From: a bacterium
GTDB taxonomy: Bacteria > SAR324 > NAC60-12
Length of the DNA stretch: 64,000 nucleotides
Direction: 5' to 3'
Assembly (NCBI GenBank): GCA_965205865.1
Contig: CBDBHR010000029.1
Span: 544,001-608,000, forward strand
The notes under the pieces were generated by a model. It saw nothing but the letters and a program-made list of their open reading frames with translations, ran no database searches and had not been told where the DNA came from. Position numbers and translations under genes: made by a program. Shown here in pieces: positions 29,863 to 41,000 of the stretch; within the stretch, counting starts at the first letter, position 1, and each line of letters opens with the position of its first letter.

Positions 29863-30594
29863 TTACCCCTCGGTTTCATCTGCTATCCGGTACTCTTCAG
29901 CAGCCAGCAATGCTGAGAGCGCTTCCCTGGCAGCGAGTTGCTCGGCCCGTTTTTTGCTGCTTCCCCTGCCACGTCCAAATTCCTTTTCGTCGATCATGGC
30001 AACCACTTCAAACTCCTTCTGATGTTCCGGACCGAAAGTATTGTGGAGTTGGTAAATGACAATTGCTTGAAATTTTTTCTGCGCATATTCTTGCAATTCC
30101 GATTTGGAATCATGGGAGGGGCAGGAATCTACCGCAACAGGGATTTCCTGTTCGAAAAGGTGATAAACCACCTTTTTTACCGGTAACAAACCCTCTTGGC
30201 GCGCATCCGTATAAATGGCGGCGATAAGGGCTTCCAATGAACTGGAAAGTATGGAATTTTTCTGACGTCCTGCCGTCAGCTCTTCCCCCCTTCCCAACAA
30301 TAAGTAGGCGCCTAGATCAATAGATTGGGCAATTTTGCTCAAACCTGTTTCGCTGACGAGATTGGCGCGCAGTTTCGTCAATCCTCCTTCTGAAAGGCCC
30401 GGGAACCGTGCCATCAGCAAATCACTGATCACCAAATCCAGAACCGCGTCCCCTAAAAATTCGAGCCGTTCATTGTCCTTCTCCCCTTCTATGGATTGCT
30501 CGTTGACATAGGATTTATGCGTACATGCCTGACGCAGCAAGTGGGGGTTCTTGAAAGAATAACCAATTTTTTTGCATAGCGGTTCAAAATTCAT
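29863..30594 (-). CDS. rnc: Ribonuclease III
   Basis: NERLEFLGDAVL and a dsRBD. Confidence 0.97.
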   Translation of the reverse strand: MNFEPLCKKIGYSFKNPHLLRQACTHKSYVNEQSIEGEKDNERLEFLGDAVLDLVISDLLMARFPGLSEGGLTKLRANLVSETGLSKIAQSIDLGAYLLLGRGEELTAGRQKNSILSSSLEALIAAIYTDARQEGLLPVKKVVYHLFEQEIPVAVDSCPSHDSKSELQEYAQKKFQAIVIYQLHNTFGPEHQKEFEVVAMIDEKEFGRGRGSSKKRAEQLAAREALSALLAAEEYRIADETEG

Positions 30595-30844
30595 GGCAGG
30601 TGATAGCCTTGTAAAATAGTATTTTTTTCGAGTTCCTCGTTTGCGCCAATGCTTCCTGGTTTGGATAGTGGGACGAGACCGTTTATTGAATGCTGCGAGG
30701 AGTCCTTGTTTTTTGGAATTTAAAATTGTTATAAAATATTGAGATTGTGGAATAAATGCATTAATTTCCTGAGATGGGTCCCTGGAAGAGGAGCCGCCGC
30801 CGACCCCTCAACTGATTCAATTTAATATCTTATCTGAAGAAGAG

Positions 30845-31615
30845 ATGACAAGTTTTATTGATACGCATTGCCATTTGGAAATGCTGGGTCTGCCGGTGCA
30901 AGATATCGTGGCACTCGCCGGGCAGGTGGGAGTCCATCGCATTGTCACGATTGCAACCGATGAAGCGTCCATACGCTTTGTCCTGCAAACCGTTGAACGG
31001 TATCCACAAATATACGGCAGTCTCGGCTTCCACCCCCATGAAGCTTCGACGTATACGGAAGCCATTGCCCGGCAAATTCTTGATCGGGCAGGCAATTCCG
31101 CCAAAATTATTGCCGTGGGAGAAACGGGGTTGGATTATCACTACATGCACTCGGGGAAAAAAATACAGCAGACCGTCTTTGCCCAACAACTGGTGCTGGC
31201 GGAGCAACTGCAATTGCCTGTTATTCTGCATAGTCGGGAAGCCCGGGAAGATACCCTGGACATCCTGAAAGCAAACCCGCTAACCCGCAAAGGTGTGGCC
31301 CATAGTTTTACCAGTGGTTTGCGGATGGCCAAGGATTTACTGGAAATGGATTGGTATATCGGCATCAACGGGATCACGACCTTTCGCAATGCGGAAGAGG
31401 TGCGAGAGGTGATGCGCTACGTCCCGCTGGATCGACTATTATTGGAAACCGATGCCCCTTTTTTGACGCCGATTCCATTTCGGGGCAAACCAAATGATCC
31501 TTCCAAAATCCCACTAATTGCGGAATTCATTGCCATTGCTCGGAACATTTCTTTGCAGTCCGTGGCTGCTCAGACAACGGAAAATGCGACCCGACTCTTT
31601 CAACTTCCTTCGTGA
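30845..31615 (+). CDS. tatD: TatD family nuclease
   Basis: DTHCH, HPH, GETGLD, HSR, ETDAP. Confidence 0.95.
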   Translation: MTSFIDTHCHLEMLGLPVQDIVALAGQVGVHRIVTIATDEASIRFVLQTVERYPQIYGSLGFHPHEASTYTEAIARQILDRAGNSAKIIAVGETGLDYHYMHSGKKIQQTVFAQQLVLAEQLQLPVILHSREAREDTLDILKANPLTRKGVAHSFTSGLRMAKDLLEMDWYIGINGITTFRNAEEVREVMRYVPLDRLLLETDAPFLTPIPFRGKPNDPSKIPLIAEFIAIARNISLQSVAAQTTENATRLFQLPS

Positions 31616-31616
31616 C

Positions 31617-33974
31617 TTACAGAATCAGGCGCTGTTCCGCCTCTTTCAATTTGTCCTCCACCCCGAATATTTCCACTTGATCCCCTGTTTGCAGCAAGGT
31701 ATCGCCTTGAGGCATGATCACTTTTCCATCTCGTTGGATGCTCGTCAGGATACACTCGAGCGGTAATTTCAAGTTCCGAACTGCTTCTCCGGCGCAGGCG
31801 GCGCCGGAGGGAATGATCACTTCCCGGTATCGTACGTGTCTTTGAGCTTCTTTGAGCTTGGAATCTCCCTTTTTTTGGGGTTGGCCCGTCAGATATTCAC
31901 GCACCATGGGCACGCGGATTTCCTTACAGAATACAATCACCTGATCTCCTTCTTGCAGTAAGGTGTATCCGTTGACCACCCGGATCTTACGACCCCGGCG
32001 TACTGAAACAATCAGCGACTGACTGGGCAGATCAATTTCCCTGACGCGTTTGCCGACAACTGGGGAATGAGAGGCAATCCGCACCTCGACAAGACTGGTA
32101 CCATCCAGTTTCTCCAGACGAATCATGTCGCTATGATGTTGTTTTTCCGCTTTCTTGAGAATGGCTTGATTGTATGCTCGAATGATTTCAATGCGGCTCA
32201 CCAGTCCCACCAGTTTTTTCTTTTCCTCGTCCAAAACAGGCAGCCGACCAATGTCGTGATCACCGAGGCGGCGCAGAGCCATCCACATGGGTTCGTAAGG
32301 GTAAGCAATCTGCAACTCATTTGTCGTTGCAACGTCCAATGCCGTTTTTTCTTCCAATTCCCCTGTACTGAGCGTATTTTCCAGATCCTCGAGGGTTACG
32401 ATCCCCTGCAAATCTCCCTGCTCATCCACAACTGGGAAACCATGATGGTGAGTGTGAGCAAATTTCTTCATCAAGTCTTTGAATGGCATCTTGGCCGAAA
32501 TCAATTCCATATTGCGACTCATCACCTCGCCAACAGTGATCCCCTGCATGACGTCGACGTCTTCAACTCCCAAATCCAATTGGACGCCACGCCGACTGAG
32601 CTTGAGGGTGTAAATGGATTCTTCACTGATCATACGGGAAACCAATGTACTGACTACAGTAGCTAACATGAGAGGTAAAATTATATTGTAATCACCCGTC
32701 ATCTCGAACAATATCAGGATGGCAGTGATTGGCGCATGAGCAGCCCCACTGAAGAAAGCAGCCATCCCCACCAGCGCATAAGCTCCCGAAGAGGCCGTGA
32801 GTTCCGGAAAAACCTGGTTTGCCAGCTGACCAAATGCGCTTCCCAGCATGGCTCCCATGAAAAGTGAAGGGGCGAAAATACCTCCCGATCCCCCGGACCC
32901 CAAGGTGATGACCGTGGCCAGCATCTTCAAAAATAACAAGGCTGCCACCACGAAGAAGGTCAATTTCCCAAAAATAACTTCGCTGATCGTGTCGTAGCCA
33001 ACCGAGAAAACCCGGGGAAATCCATCCAACTGGAATGAAAAAATGCCAACCACCCCCAAAAGCAGGCCTCCCAGCATAGGCTTGATGTACTCCGGTAGGG
33101 GAATCTTATTCCACATGTCCTCGGAAAAATAGAGCAGGCGGGTGAACCCCACGGAGGCTACGGCAGCGACTGCTCCCAGAATGGCGTACAAAAACAATTC
33201 CCACGGATTGACCAGAGAATTGACAGGAACCGAGAATGTGCGCAAATCGCCTTCAAAGAGATGGGCGATGACGTCGGCGATGACGGCCGAAATGACCACC
33301 GCGCCAAAGTAAAGACTGTTTATGCGACTCAAAACCACTTCCAATGCGAAGATCGATCCGGCAATCGGAGCGTTGAAAGTGGCAGCAATACCTCCCGCCG
33401 CTCCACAGGCGACCAGAGTGCGGAGATGGTCATCGGAAAGTTTGAGCCATTGTCCGACGGTAGAGCCCAAGGCCGCCCCGATTTGAGCAATCGGGCCTTC
33501 CCGTCCGACGGAGCCACCGGTGCCGATACAGATCGAAGATGCCAGAGATTTGACAAGCACCACCGGAGGACGAATCCTTCCGCCACGCAGGGCTACTGCT
33601 TCCATGATCTCAGGCACTCCATGCCCTTTGGCCTCGCGAGCAAAGCGGTAAATGAGGGGTCCGATGATTGCGCCGCCAAGAGCAGGAAGGATCATCAGAT
33701 GAAAAGGGGCGATGGATTTGAGAAACCCACCTATTTGACTGTAAGACAAATGATGGACGCCCTCGATGAGGTAACGAAAGGCAACAGCTCCCAAACCGGC
33801 CCCGATGCCTACGATCACTGCCGTCAGTAAATATGCGCCCGATTCCGGAGTCTTGTAACGTCCTAACGATTGTTGCAGGTTTCGGCGCAGCGTATAGAGG
33901 GATATACCAATTTTGCGGCGAAAAGAGGGTTGAATCATCGGCAAAAGGATTTTGTATTTGAGAGGGTTTACCAT
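31617..33974 (-). CDS. ClC chloride/H+ antiporter with CBS pair and two TrkA-C (RCK-C) domains
   Basis: GHGVPE, GREGP, GGIFAP; CBS repeats; two ..GDQV RCK-C units. Confidence 0.92.
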   Translation of the reverse strand: MVNPLKYKILLPMIQPSFRRKIGISLYTLRRNLQQSLGRYKTPESGAYLLTAVIVGIGAGLGAVAFRYLIEGVHHLSYSQIGGFLKSIAPFHLMILPALGGAIIGPLIYRFAREAKGHGVPEIMEAVALRGGRIRPPVVLVKSLASSICIGTGGSVGREGPIAQIGAALGSTVGQWLKLSDDHLRTLVACGAAGGIAATFNAPIAGSIFALEVVLSRINSLYFGAVVISAVIADVIAHLFEGDLRTFSVPVNSLVNPWELFLYAILGAVAAVASVGFTRLLYFSEDMWNKIPLPEYIKPMLGGLLLGVVGIFSFQLDGFPRVFSVGYDTISEVIFGKLTFFVVAALLFLKMLATVITLGSGGSGGIFAPSLFMGAMLGSAFGQLANQVFPELTASSGAYALVGMAAFFSGAAHAPITAILILFEMTGDYNIILPLMLATVVSTLVSRMISEESIYTLKLSRRGVQLDLGVEDVDVMQGITVGEVMSRNMELISAKMPFKDLMKKFAHTHHHGFPVVDEQGDLQGIVTLEDLENTLSTGELEEKTALDVATTNELQIAYPYEPMWMALRRLGDHDIGRLPVLDEEKKKLVGLVSRIEIIRAYNQAILKKAEKQHHSDMIRLEKLDGTSLVEVRIASHSPVVGKRVREIDLPSQSLIVSVRRGRKIRVVNGYTLLQEGDQVIVFCKEIRVPMVREYLTGQPQKKGDSKLKEAQRHVRYREVIIPSGAACAGEAVRNLKLPLECILTSIQRDGKVIMPQGDTLLQTGDQVEIFGVEDKLKEAEQRLIL

Positions 33975-34193
33975 GCAAAATGGCGCGGTATGTTCAATAG
34001 ATACAATTCCCTCTTGAAAATCAAGGCAAAATAGTCGGTTTCTTTGCTATATTTCAAATTCAGACGCTTTGCTTCCCCTGAGACCAAAGCGGTGGAGTCG
34101 GCGTTTCCGTTTATATAGCCATTATATGATGAATCAGTTATAGTGAGCTTTACTTGATAACCACCTTACTTCAGACGAAAATCGATATCTCCT

Positions 34194-36248
34194 GTGCAAG
34201 CTTCACGAATAAAAATAGGGGGCGCGACGCTCAATCAAATTCCTTTGGACTGGCGGGGAAACCGGGATCGTATTCTGCAAGCCGTTGTCCGGGCGCGGCA
34301 AGAAGGGGTGGCGATATTATGCTTACCGGAGTTATGCCTTTCGGGATATGGCTGCGAAGACGCGTTTCATGCGGCCGGTGTCAGTGAAACGGCATGGCGG
34401 ATACTATTGGAAATTCTTCCTCATACTTGCGGGATTGCGGTTGCGCTGGGATTGCCAATTCACTCGAATCATGTGCTCTACAATGGTTTGGCGCTCGTTT
34501 GTGACGGCCGCATTTGCGGGGTTGCCGCCAAGCAGTTTTTGCCAGGAGACGATCTGTATTATGAACCACGCTGGTTCAAACCCTGGCCTGCCGGCAAAGT
34601 GCGGATCCTGCGACATCAGGATATTTCGGTGCCATTGGGAGATTTGATTTTTGATCTGGGCATACTGCGTATCGGAGTCGAGATTTGTGAAGATGCCTGG
34701 GTAGCCAATCGTCCGGCAGGACGACTGGCTGCTCAGGGGGTTGACCTGATCCTCAATGCCAGTGCCAGTCACTTCGCTTTGGATCGCTATGATGCCCGAC
34801 GTCAAATCGTGGAAGAAGGCGCTCGCGCGACCAGCACAACCTACCTTTACAGCAATTTGCTGGGTTGCGAAGCAGGGAGAATTCTTTATGATGGCACCGT
34901 CTTGATTGCCTCCGGCAACCAGGGCATTCTGGCGGAAGGTCCTCGTTTTTCCTATCAAGACATGGTCTTGACAAATGCGGTGATCGACTTGGAATTGAAT
35001 CGCCTGCAGCGTCGTAAAAATGTCAATTATCATCCCCTGGACACTCCCCCTGAAAATTTAGTGGTTTGCCCGTTTCCATGGAATCGCTTTTCAGAAGAAT
35101 CCACGCTTTCTATTCCCCTGGGGGATATATCTTCACGACCCGGCCGTTCACCTGCTTCTTTATCGCGCTTTGAGGAATTCACCCATGCCGTCGCTCTTGG
35201 ATTGTGGGATTATTTGAGAAAAAGCCGGAGTCAGGGATTCGTTATTTCCATCAGTGGCGGCGCAGATTCAGCAACAGTGGCGGTGTTGATCCATGTGATG
35301 GCAAATCTTGCGCTGAAAGAATTGGGATGGCAAAACTTTTCCGGGAAGCTGGCGCATCTTTCCTGGCTGCCAACTGGCAAAGAGTGGAGTGTCGCCGAAG
35401 TGATGTCCCATTTGCTACTCACCGTTTATCAGGCCAGTGAACATTCTTCTCTAACCACTTATACCGCCGCTCGGGAATTGACTCGCGCGCTCCATGCCCG
35501 TTTCATTGAATTCAACATCTCCTCCGTGGTCGAAAATTATACGAATTGGCTGTCAAATGTGCTGCAACGTCCCCTCAGCTGGGAGGTGGACGATCTGGCC
35601 CTGCAAAACATTCAAGCCAGGGTGCGCGGCCCCAGTGTGTGGCTGTTGGCCAATACCTGCGGCGCCCTTTTACTTTCGACCAGCAACCGCAGCGAAGCCG
35701 CGGTGGGTTACACTACTATGGATGGCGACACCTGTGGAGGCTTGAGTCCCATTGCCGGGATCGACAAGGCATTCATTTTACGCTGGTTGCAATGGATGGA
35801 AACACAGAATGAGATTGGCGTGGGTCCGTTGCCGGTTTTGAAATTGATCACGGCTCAAAAACCAACTGCGGAGCTGCGTCCGTCAAGCAGCAAACAATCG
35901 GATGAAGACGACTTGATGCCCTATCCGATCTTGGATGCCATTGAACGGCTGGCCATTCGAGACCACAAAATGCCCCTGCAAGTCTGGCAAGATCTGCAGG
36001 GGAAATTGTCTCTTGCAAAACAATACTCCCCCCAGCGCTTGGCGTCATTTGTCGAGCGATTTTTCCAATTATGGAGCCGCAATCAATGGAAACGGGAACG
36101 CTATGCTCCTTCCTTTCACTTGGATGATGAAAATCTCGATCCCAAAACCTGGTGCCGTTTTCCGATTCTCTCAGGAGGATTCGCAGAAGAACTCAAATTG
36201 CTTCGCAATGAGGTTTCACAGAAGAATCATAGCGATACCTGCAATTGA
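34194..36248 (+). CDS. nadE: Glutamine-dependent NAD+ synthetase
   Basis: LPELCLSGY, EICED, SGGADS, QNIQARVR, PTAEL. Confidence 0.95.
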   Translation: MQASRIKIGGATLNQIPLDWRGNRDRILQAVVRARQEGVAILCLPELCLSGYGCEDAFHAAGVSETAWRILLEILPHTCGIAVALGLPIHSNHVLYNGLALVCDGRICGVAAKQFLPGDDLYYEPRWFKPWPAGKVRILRHQDISVPLGDLIFDLGILRIGVEICEDAWVANRPAGRLAAQGVDLILNASASHFALDRYDARRQIVEEGARATSTTYLYSNLLGCEAGRILYDGTVLIASGNQGILAEGPRFSYQDMVLTNAVIDLELNRLQRRKNVNYHPLDTPPENLVVCPFPWNRFSEESTLSIPLGDISSRPGRSPASLSRFEEFTHAVALGLWDYLRKSRSQGFVISISGGADSATVAVLIHVMANLALKELGWQNFSGKLAHLSWLPTGKEWSVAEVMSHLLLTVYQASEHSSLTTYTAARELTRALHARFIEFNISSVVENYTNWLSNVLQRPLSWEVDDLALQNIQARVRGPSVWLLANTCGALLLSTSNRSEAAVGYTTMDGDTCGGLSPIAGIDKAFILRWLQWMETQNEIGVGPLPVLKLITAQKPTAELRPSSSKQSDEDDLMPYPILDAIERLAIRDHKMPLQVWQDLQGKLSLAKQYSPQRLASFVERFFQLWSRNQWKRERYAPSFHLDDENLDPKTWCRFPILSGGFAEELKLLRNEVSQKNHSDTCN

Positions 36249-36276
36249 TATCTTTGTTTTCCGAAAAGCACTCAAT

Positions 36277-38013
36277 TCAATATTTTTTTTCTGGCTCGAG
36301 GCTGACGGGGACAATAGGAAGGTTGTCGATGAGCCTGGGAATCCAGCGCGCTAGTCCGTGTTTGGGAGCCGGATGAAGCCAGGCAACCGGGATTCCGAAA
36401 CGCGCTAACTGCCGCAAGGCATGACGAAAAGTTTGCAGAGCTTTTTGAGCGCTTTCTCCAGGCTGGGGGCTGGTCAATCCATCGGAGCAGATCAGAATGC
36501 GATCCCCCGCTCCAACACCTTGGCGTTGGATGCCACGGATGAGTTGCTGAAGACACTGGGCCAAATGACTCTTCCCTCCCGCTTCGTTCAAGGCAAGCAG
36601 GGCGGATTCTGTCTGTCGGATGGTTCCTCGACGCAATAGCCACGAAGGGCGACTGTCTCTTAAAAGCAATATATGGAAGCGGCAGGCGCGTGCCAGGGGA
36701 CTGGAAGACAATAACACATTGCGCGCCTCAGCCAAAAAACGAAGGGCTGCCGTAGAACGGCTGGCATCGAGGAAAATCCAGACATTGGCTTTACGAGTGG
36801 GATAATGGAATCGCATTTGCCAATTGCGGCTTCCCGGCTTCCATCCTTGCTTGACGGATGCCAAAAAAGAATTGAACCAGCAGATCCTGGAGTCCGCATA
36901 CTCTATTCCCCCGATTGCGCCGGTGGAATTATTGGATTGTTTGTGAGACCCGGTGGATGGCAAATCCGTTTGCCACCAAGCCTCCAGTATCTCATACCCC
37001 CGTGGCTCGGCTGCCCTCAGTTTTAGATTGTCCCACCGGGATTCAAGGGGAGCCATAGAAGTTTTCAAGGCAACAGGTGGCGACACACCCGATCGTGGGG
37101 CGGAATTTGATAGTTTTTCTTTGATTCGGGGAGCAGCGTGAGGTGGTATTCGATTTTCCCGTTGACGATGACCCAGACAGAGAATCCAAGCGGCATCGAC
37201 GTCTTCCGCTTCCACGTTTTGTCGTCCCTCCCAGGCGGCCAGGCAACGTGAGGTTCTCAAAGCCGCCAATTCAGCCCGCACTCCTTCCATTTTCAGATCT
37301 CTGGCAGTCTGGGCAATGTCCCTGCGCAAAGTGTCCGGAATATGGAGGGAGGGCAGTCGTCTACGAGCTTGCAAAATTTGCTTTTTCAAGATGTCTAAGG
37401 CAGACTGGTAACTCCCGATGAAGGCGGTTTGATTATCGTCAAATGCCATGCGACGTTCCACAATGGTCATCCGCTCCTCCACCGAGTAATCATCCGATAT
37501 TAAAATCCCATGAGAAAAGCGATCCAAAAGCTGAGGTCGCAAATCTCCTTCTTCCGGATTCATCGAACCAACCAGAATATAGTGGGCCGCCACCTCTGAG
37601 GAAATCCCATCCCGCTCTATCCGGTGAGTGCCGCTTGCCGCAGAATCGAGGATGGAATCGGACAGATGATCCGGCATCAAATTGATTTCATCAATGTACA
37701 ACACCCCCCGATGAGCTTGTTGGATCAAACCAATGCGAGATGACCATTTTCCCTTCTCCAGCAGGGAAGCAGCATCCATGGAGCCCAACAGCCGGTCTTC
37801 AGTGGCGCCCAGTGGAACCTCCACGAATGGCGCGTCGTCGCCTTCGAAGGGAGGCAGGGCTTGCGCAAATGCGCGGGCCAGAGTGCTTTTTGCGCACCCT
37901 CGGTGTCCCAATAGAATCAGTCCTCCCAGGTGCGGGTCGATAGCATGGCAAAGCATGGAGCTTTTAGCGCGCTCCATCCCTACGATGGCAGTGAAAGGAA
38001 AAGGGACACTCAT
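36277..38013 (-). CDS. ChlI/ChlD-like AAA+ chelatase subunit with vWA domain
   Basis: PFTAIVG, GHRGCAKST, DEIN, MNPEEGDLRPQLLDRF; DASRS. Confidence 0.88.
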   Translation of the reverse strand: MSVPFPFTAIVGMERAKSSMLCHAIDPHLGGLILLGHRGCAKSTLARAFAQALPPFEGDDAPFVEVPLGATEDRLLGSMDAASLLEKGKWSSRIGLIQQAHRGVLYIDEINLMPDHLSDSILDSAASGTHRIERDGISSEVAAHYILVGSMNPEEGDLRPQLLDRFSHGILISDDYSVEERMTIVERRMAFDDNQTAFIGSYQSALDILKKQILQARRRLPSLHIPDTLRRDIAQTARDLKMEGVRAELAALRTSRCLAAWEGRQNVEAEDVDAAWILCLGHRQRENRIPPHAAPRIKEKLSNSAPRSGVSPPVALKTSMAPLESRWDNLKLRAAEPRGYEILEAWWQTDLPSTGSHKQSNNSTGAIGGIEYADSRICWFNSFLASVKQGWKPGSRNWQMRFHYPTRKANVWIFLDASRSTAALRFLAEARNVLLSSSPLARACRFHILLLRDSRPSWLLRRGTIRQTESALLALNEAGGKSHLAQCLQQLIRGIQRQGVGAGDRILICSDGLTSPQPGESAQKALQTFRHALRQLARFGIPVAWLHPAPKHGLARWIPRLIDNLPIVPVSLEPEKKY

Positions 38014-41000
38014 TCCAGTTGCCCTTCTAATTCGATAAGGTTCAATTCCAATGCTTCGATGGTTTGCGGACTAGCTTCTTGCCAGAGCCCGCGTTCGTGG
38101 GCTTCGAGCAATCGTTTGACGGAATCCTGCAGAGCCGCGGGATTGTGGCGTTTGAAAAAATCCTGCTGTTTCTCATCCAAAAAAAGTTTGTGGGCCAGTT
38201 CTTCATATTGATAGTCTGCCACAATATCACAGGTGGCGTCATATCCAAAAATATAATCCGCAGTCGCAGCCATTTCAAATGCTCCTTTGTAGCCATGCTT
38301 TTTCATGGCTTCAATCCAGCGAGGATTGAGCACTCGGCTGCGAAAAACACGATTGAATTCCTCGGAAAGAGTTCTCACTTTGACCTGATCCGGTTGGCTG
38401 GAATCGCCATGGTAGGTGATGGGTGCTTGCCCTCGAATGGAATGAACTGCAGCATGCAACCCTCCCTGGAATTGGAAATAATCGTCGGAGTCCAAAATAT
38501 CATGTTCCCGATTGTCTTGATTTTGATGGACGACCTCGACGGCTCCGAGGCGGTTCTCAAACAGAGCCATTTGTTCACTGCTGCTGCCATCGGTGTCATA
38601 AGCATGCCCCCCCCATTTCAGAAAAACCTTTGTCAAATCCTCCCGGCTCTCCCAATTCCCCCCGTCAATGAGAGGCAACAGTCCGGCGCCATAGGATCCG
38701 GGACCGGAGCTGAAGACCCTCAGATAGGCCATCCGTTCGCATTGCTCTCCAGCAATCCCTTGTTCGCTCAATTGTTTTTTTTCCTTTAACCAGGCTGCTC
38801 GAATGGGATTGAGTTCTTCAGGTTCTTCCAAAACCGCCAGCCGTTTGGGGATGGTGGCCAACAGCCGCATTGTGTCGCCAAATGCGTCTCGAAACAAGCC
38901 GGACACGCGCAAAAGAACGTCGACTCGAGGTCGCCCCAACAAATGGGCGGGATGAATCTGAAAATCGATGATCCGCCCGGAAACACGTTCCCAGACTGGC
39001 TCACACCCCCACAACCACAAGGCTTGGGCAATATCATCTCCGCCAGTGCGCATATTGGAAGTACCCCAAATCACCATGGCAATGCTGCGTGGATAGCTTC
39101 CATGATCCTCTTGATGACGTTCCAACAAACGCTCCGCTATTTGTTTTCCGCAAAGCCATGAGGTGGGAGTGGGGATCATACGGGGATCAATGGAAAAAAA
39201 GTTGCGTCCGGTGGGTAATACGTCAATGCGTCCCCTTGTGGGGGCCCCGGAAGGACCGGGAGCGATGAATCGACCGCTCAAGCCTTGGAGCAAATTTTTC
39301 ATTTCATCCTGACACTGCATCAAGCGCGGATGGAGATGATCGTAAAGAAGCTGGCGGAGAATTTTCAAATGTTCGCTCTCCTCTTCAGGAAAAACGCGTT
39401 TTTCGAGGGCATTCTCTATCCAAAGGCGGGCTTTTTGATCAAGGGCATCACGTTCACTGATTGAAAGCTGCTCCATATCGAAATCGTTTTCGCGTCCCAG
39501 CAGACTATGCAAGAGTCCGGGATAGTGCGCAGAGGGCATGCGCAGCAGACTGAGCAGAAAATCGATTTTCTGGCCTCCTTGAGGGTTTTGACCAAATATA
39601 TGCAATCCGCTGCGAATCTGACTTTCTTTGATTTCGCACAAGTAATTTCCGAGCGCACTGAGCCAATCCCCCTCCTTTGGCAACTCCTCCCGCCAGGCGG
39701 CATGTTCCAGGAGATGTTCAATTTCATGTTCCAACGCCAGGGCTCGTTCGGGATAAAGCGTTTCACAGTGCGCGTGTTCTTCCAAAAGGCGCTCGATCCG
39801 TTGTAAATCGTCATAAAGACCCGCACGAGCCAGTGGTGGGGTGAGATGATCGACAATGGCTGCCGAAGTCCGGCGTTTGGCTTGCGTGCCCTCCCCGGGA
39901 TTGTTGACGATAAAAGGATAAAGATGCGGCACTGTCCCTATACAGATGCGCGGGAAATCCTCGGCACCCAGCACAACACTTCTTCCCGGAAGCCACTCCA
40001 GGTTGCCATGCTTGCCGAAATGGATGATGGCTTGAACCTGAAACACTTCGCGCAGCCATAAATAAAAACTGATATATTCCGGAGTGGGAGGCAAATCGGG
40101 ACTGTGATAAATCGCCTGCGTTTGCATGCCAAAACCACGAGGAGGCTGGATGCCGACAAACACATTGCCAAATTGCTTTCCGGGTACGGGAATTGATTCG
40201 GGCAAGTCATGGGACCAGTGTTTTGAAAGTTCTTGATGACAACGGGAGGGCAAAGCGTCGATGAATGCTTCCAACCGCTGTTTGGCAAAGCCTTGCTCGC
40301 AGGGTTTACCATAGCTCGACTCCTCATCATTGGTCTGCAGGGATTGTAGCAAGCGCATCAACCCTTCGCCGTCCTCAGGAACGTCTTGCAGTCGATAGCC
40401 CATTGTTACCAGCTTCTTCATGAAGAGGACGACACTGGCCGGCGTGTCCAATCCCACCCCGTTGCCAATTCGACTGTTTTTGTTGGGGTAGTTGGCCAGG
40501 ACAATGGCAATTTTTTTATCAGCATTGGCTATTTTCCGCAGTAAGGCCCAATTTTTTGCAAGGGCTGCAATGTCCCTTATCTGCTGAGCATGCGGTTGCA
40601 GGCTTTTAATGGCGTACTCCAGTTCGGCCATACCTTGACATTCTTCTTTGAAACCCACCACCGACGTGAGGATGCGGCCATCGATTTCAGGGAGGGCTAC
40701 GTTCATGGCAACGTCGGAAGGAGATAAACCTCTGGGATTTTGCAACCACGCCTTGCGATTTTGGGATGAAACCGGCACTTGCAACACAGGACACCCCAGG
40801 GTCTCCAAAAAAGAAACCCGGTTCCCGTCATTGATACGGATGGAAAAGCTTTGCAGTGTGAGGATCACTTGGGGGGCCTTTGTTTGCGCCGCACGGAGCA
40901 AGGTTTGCTGGGCATGGTGATCACGCAAACTATACGCATAAAAAGCACGGACGTGGAACCCTGCTACCGCCAGAGCATCCCACAAACAGTCAATCACTGC

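Noticed and set aside
30690-30815. SAH/ZTP riboswitch or SRP RNA between rnc and tatD
   Set aside because: Only short GAGGAG matches; required motifs are absent
31617-33974. Fluoride-specific CLC-F exporter
   Set aside because: Has GHGVP and GREGP rather than the CLC-F GNNLI/GREGT motifs, and no riboswitch upstream
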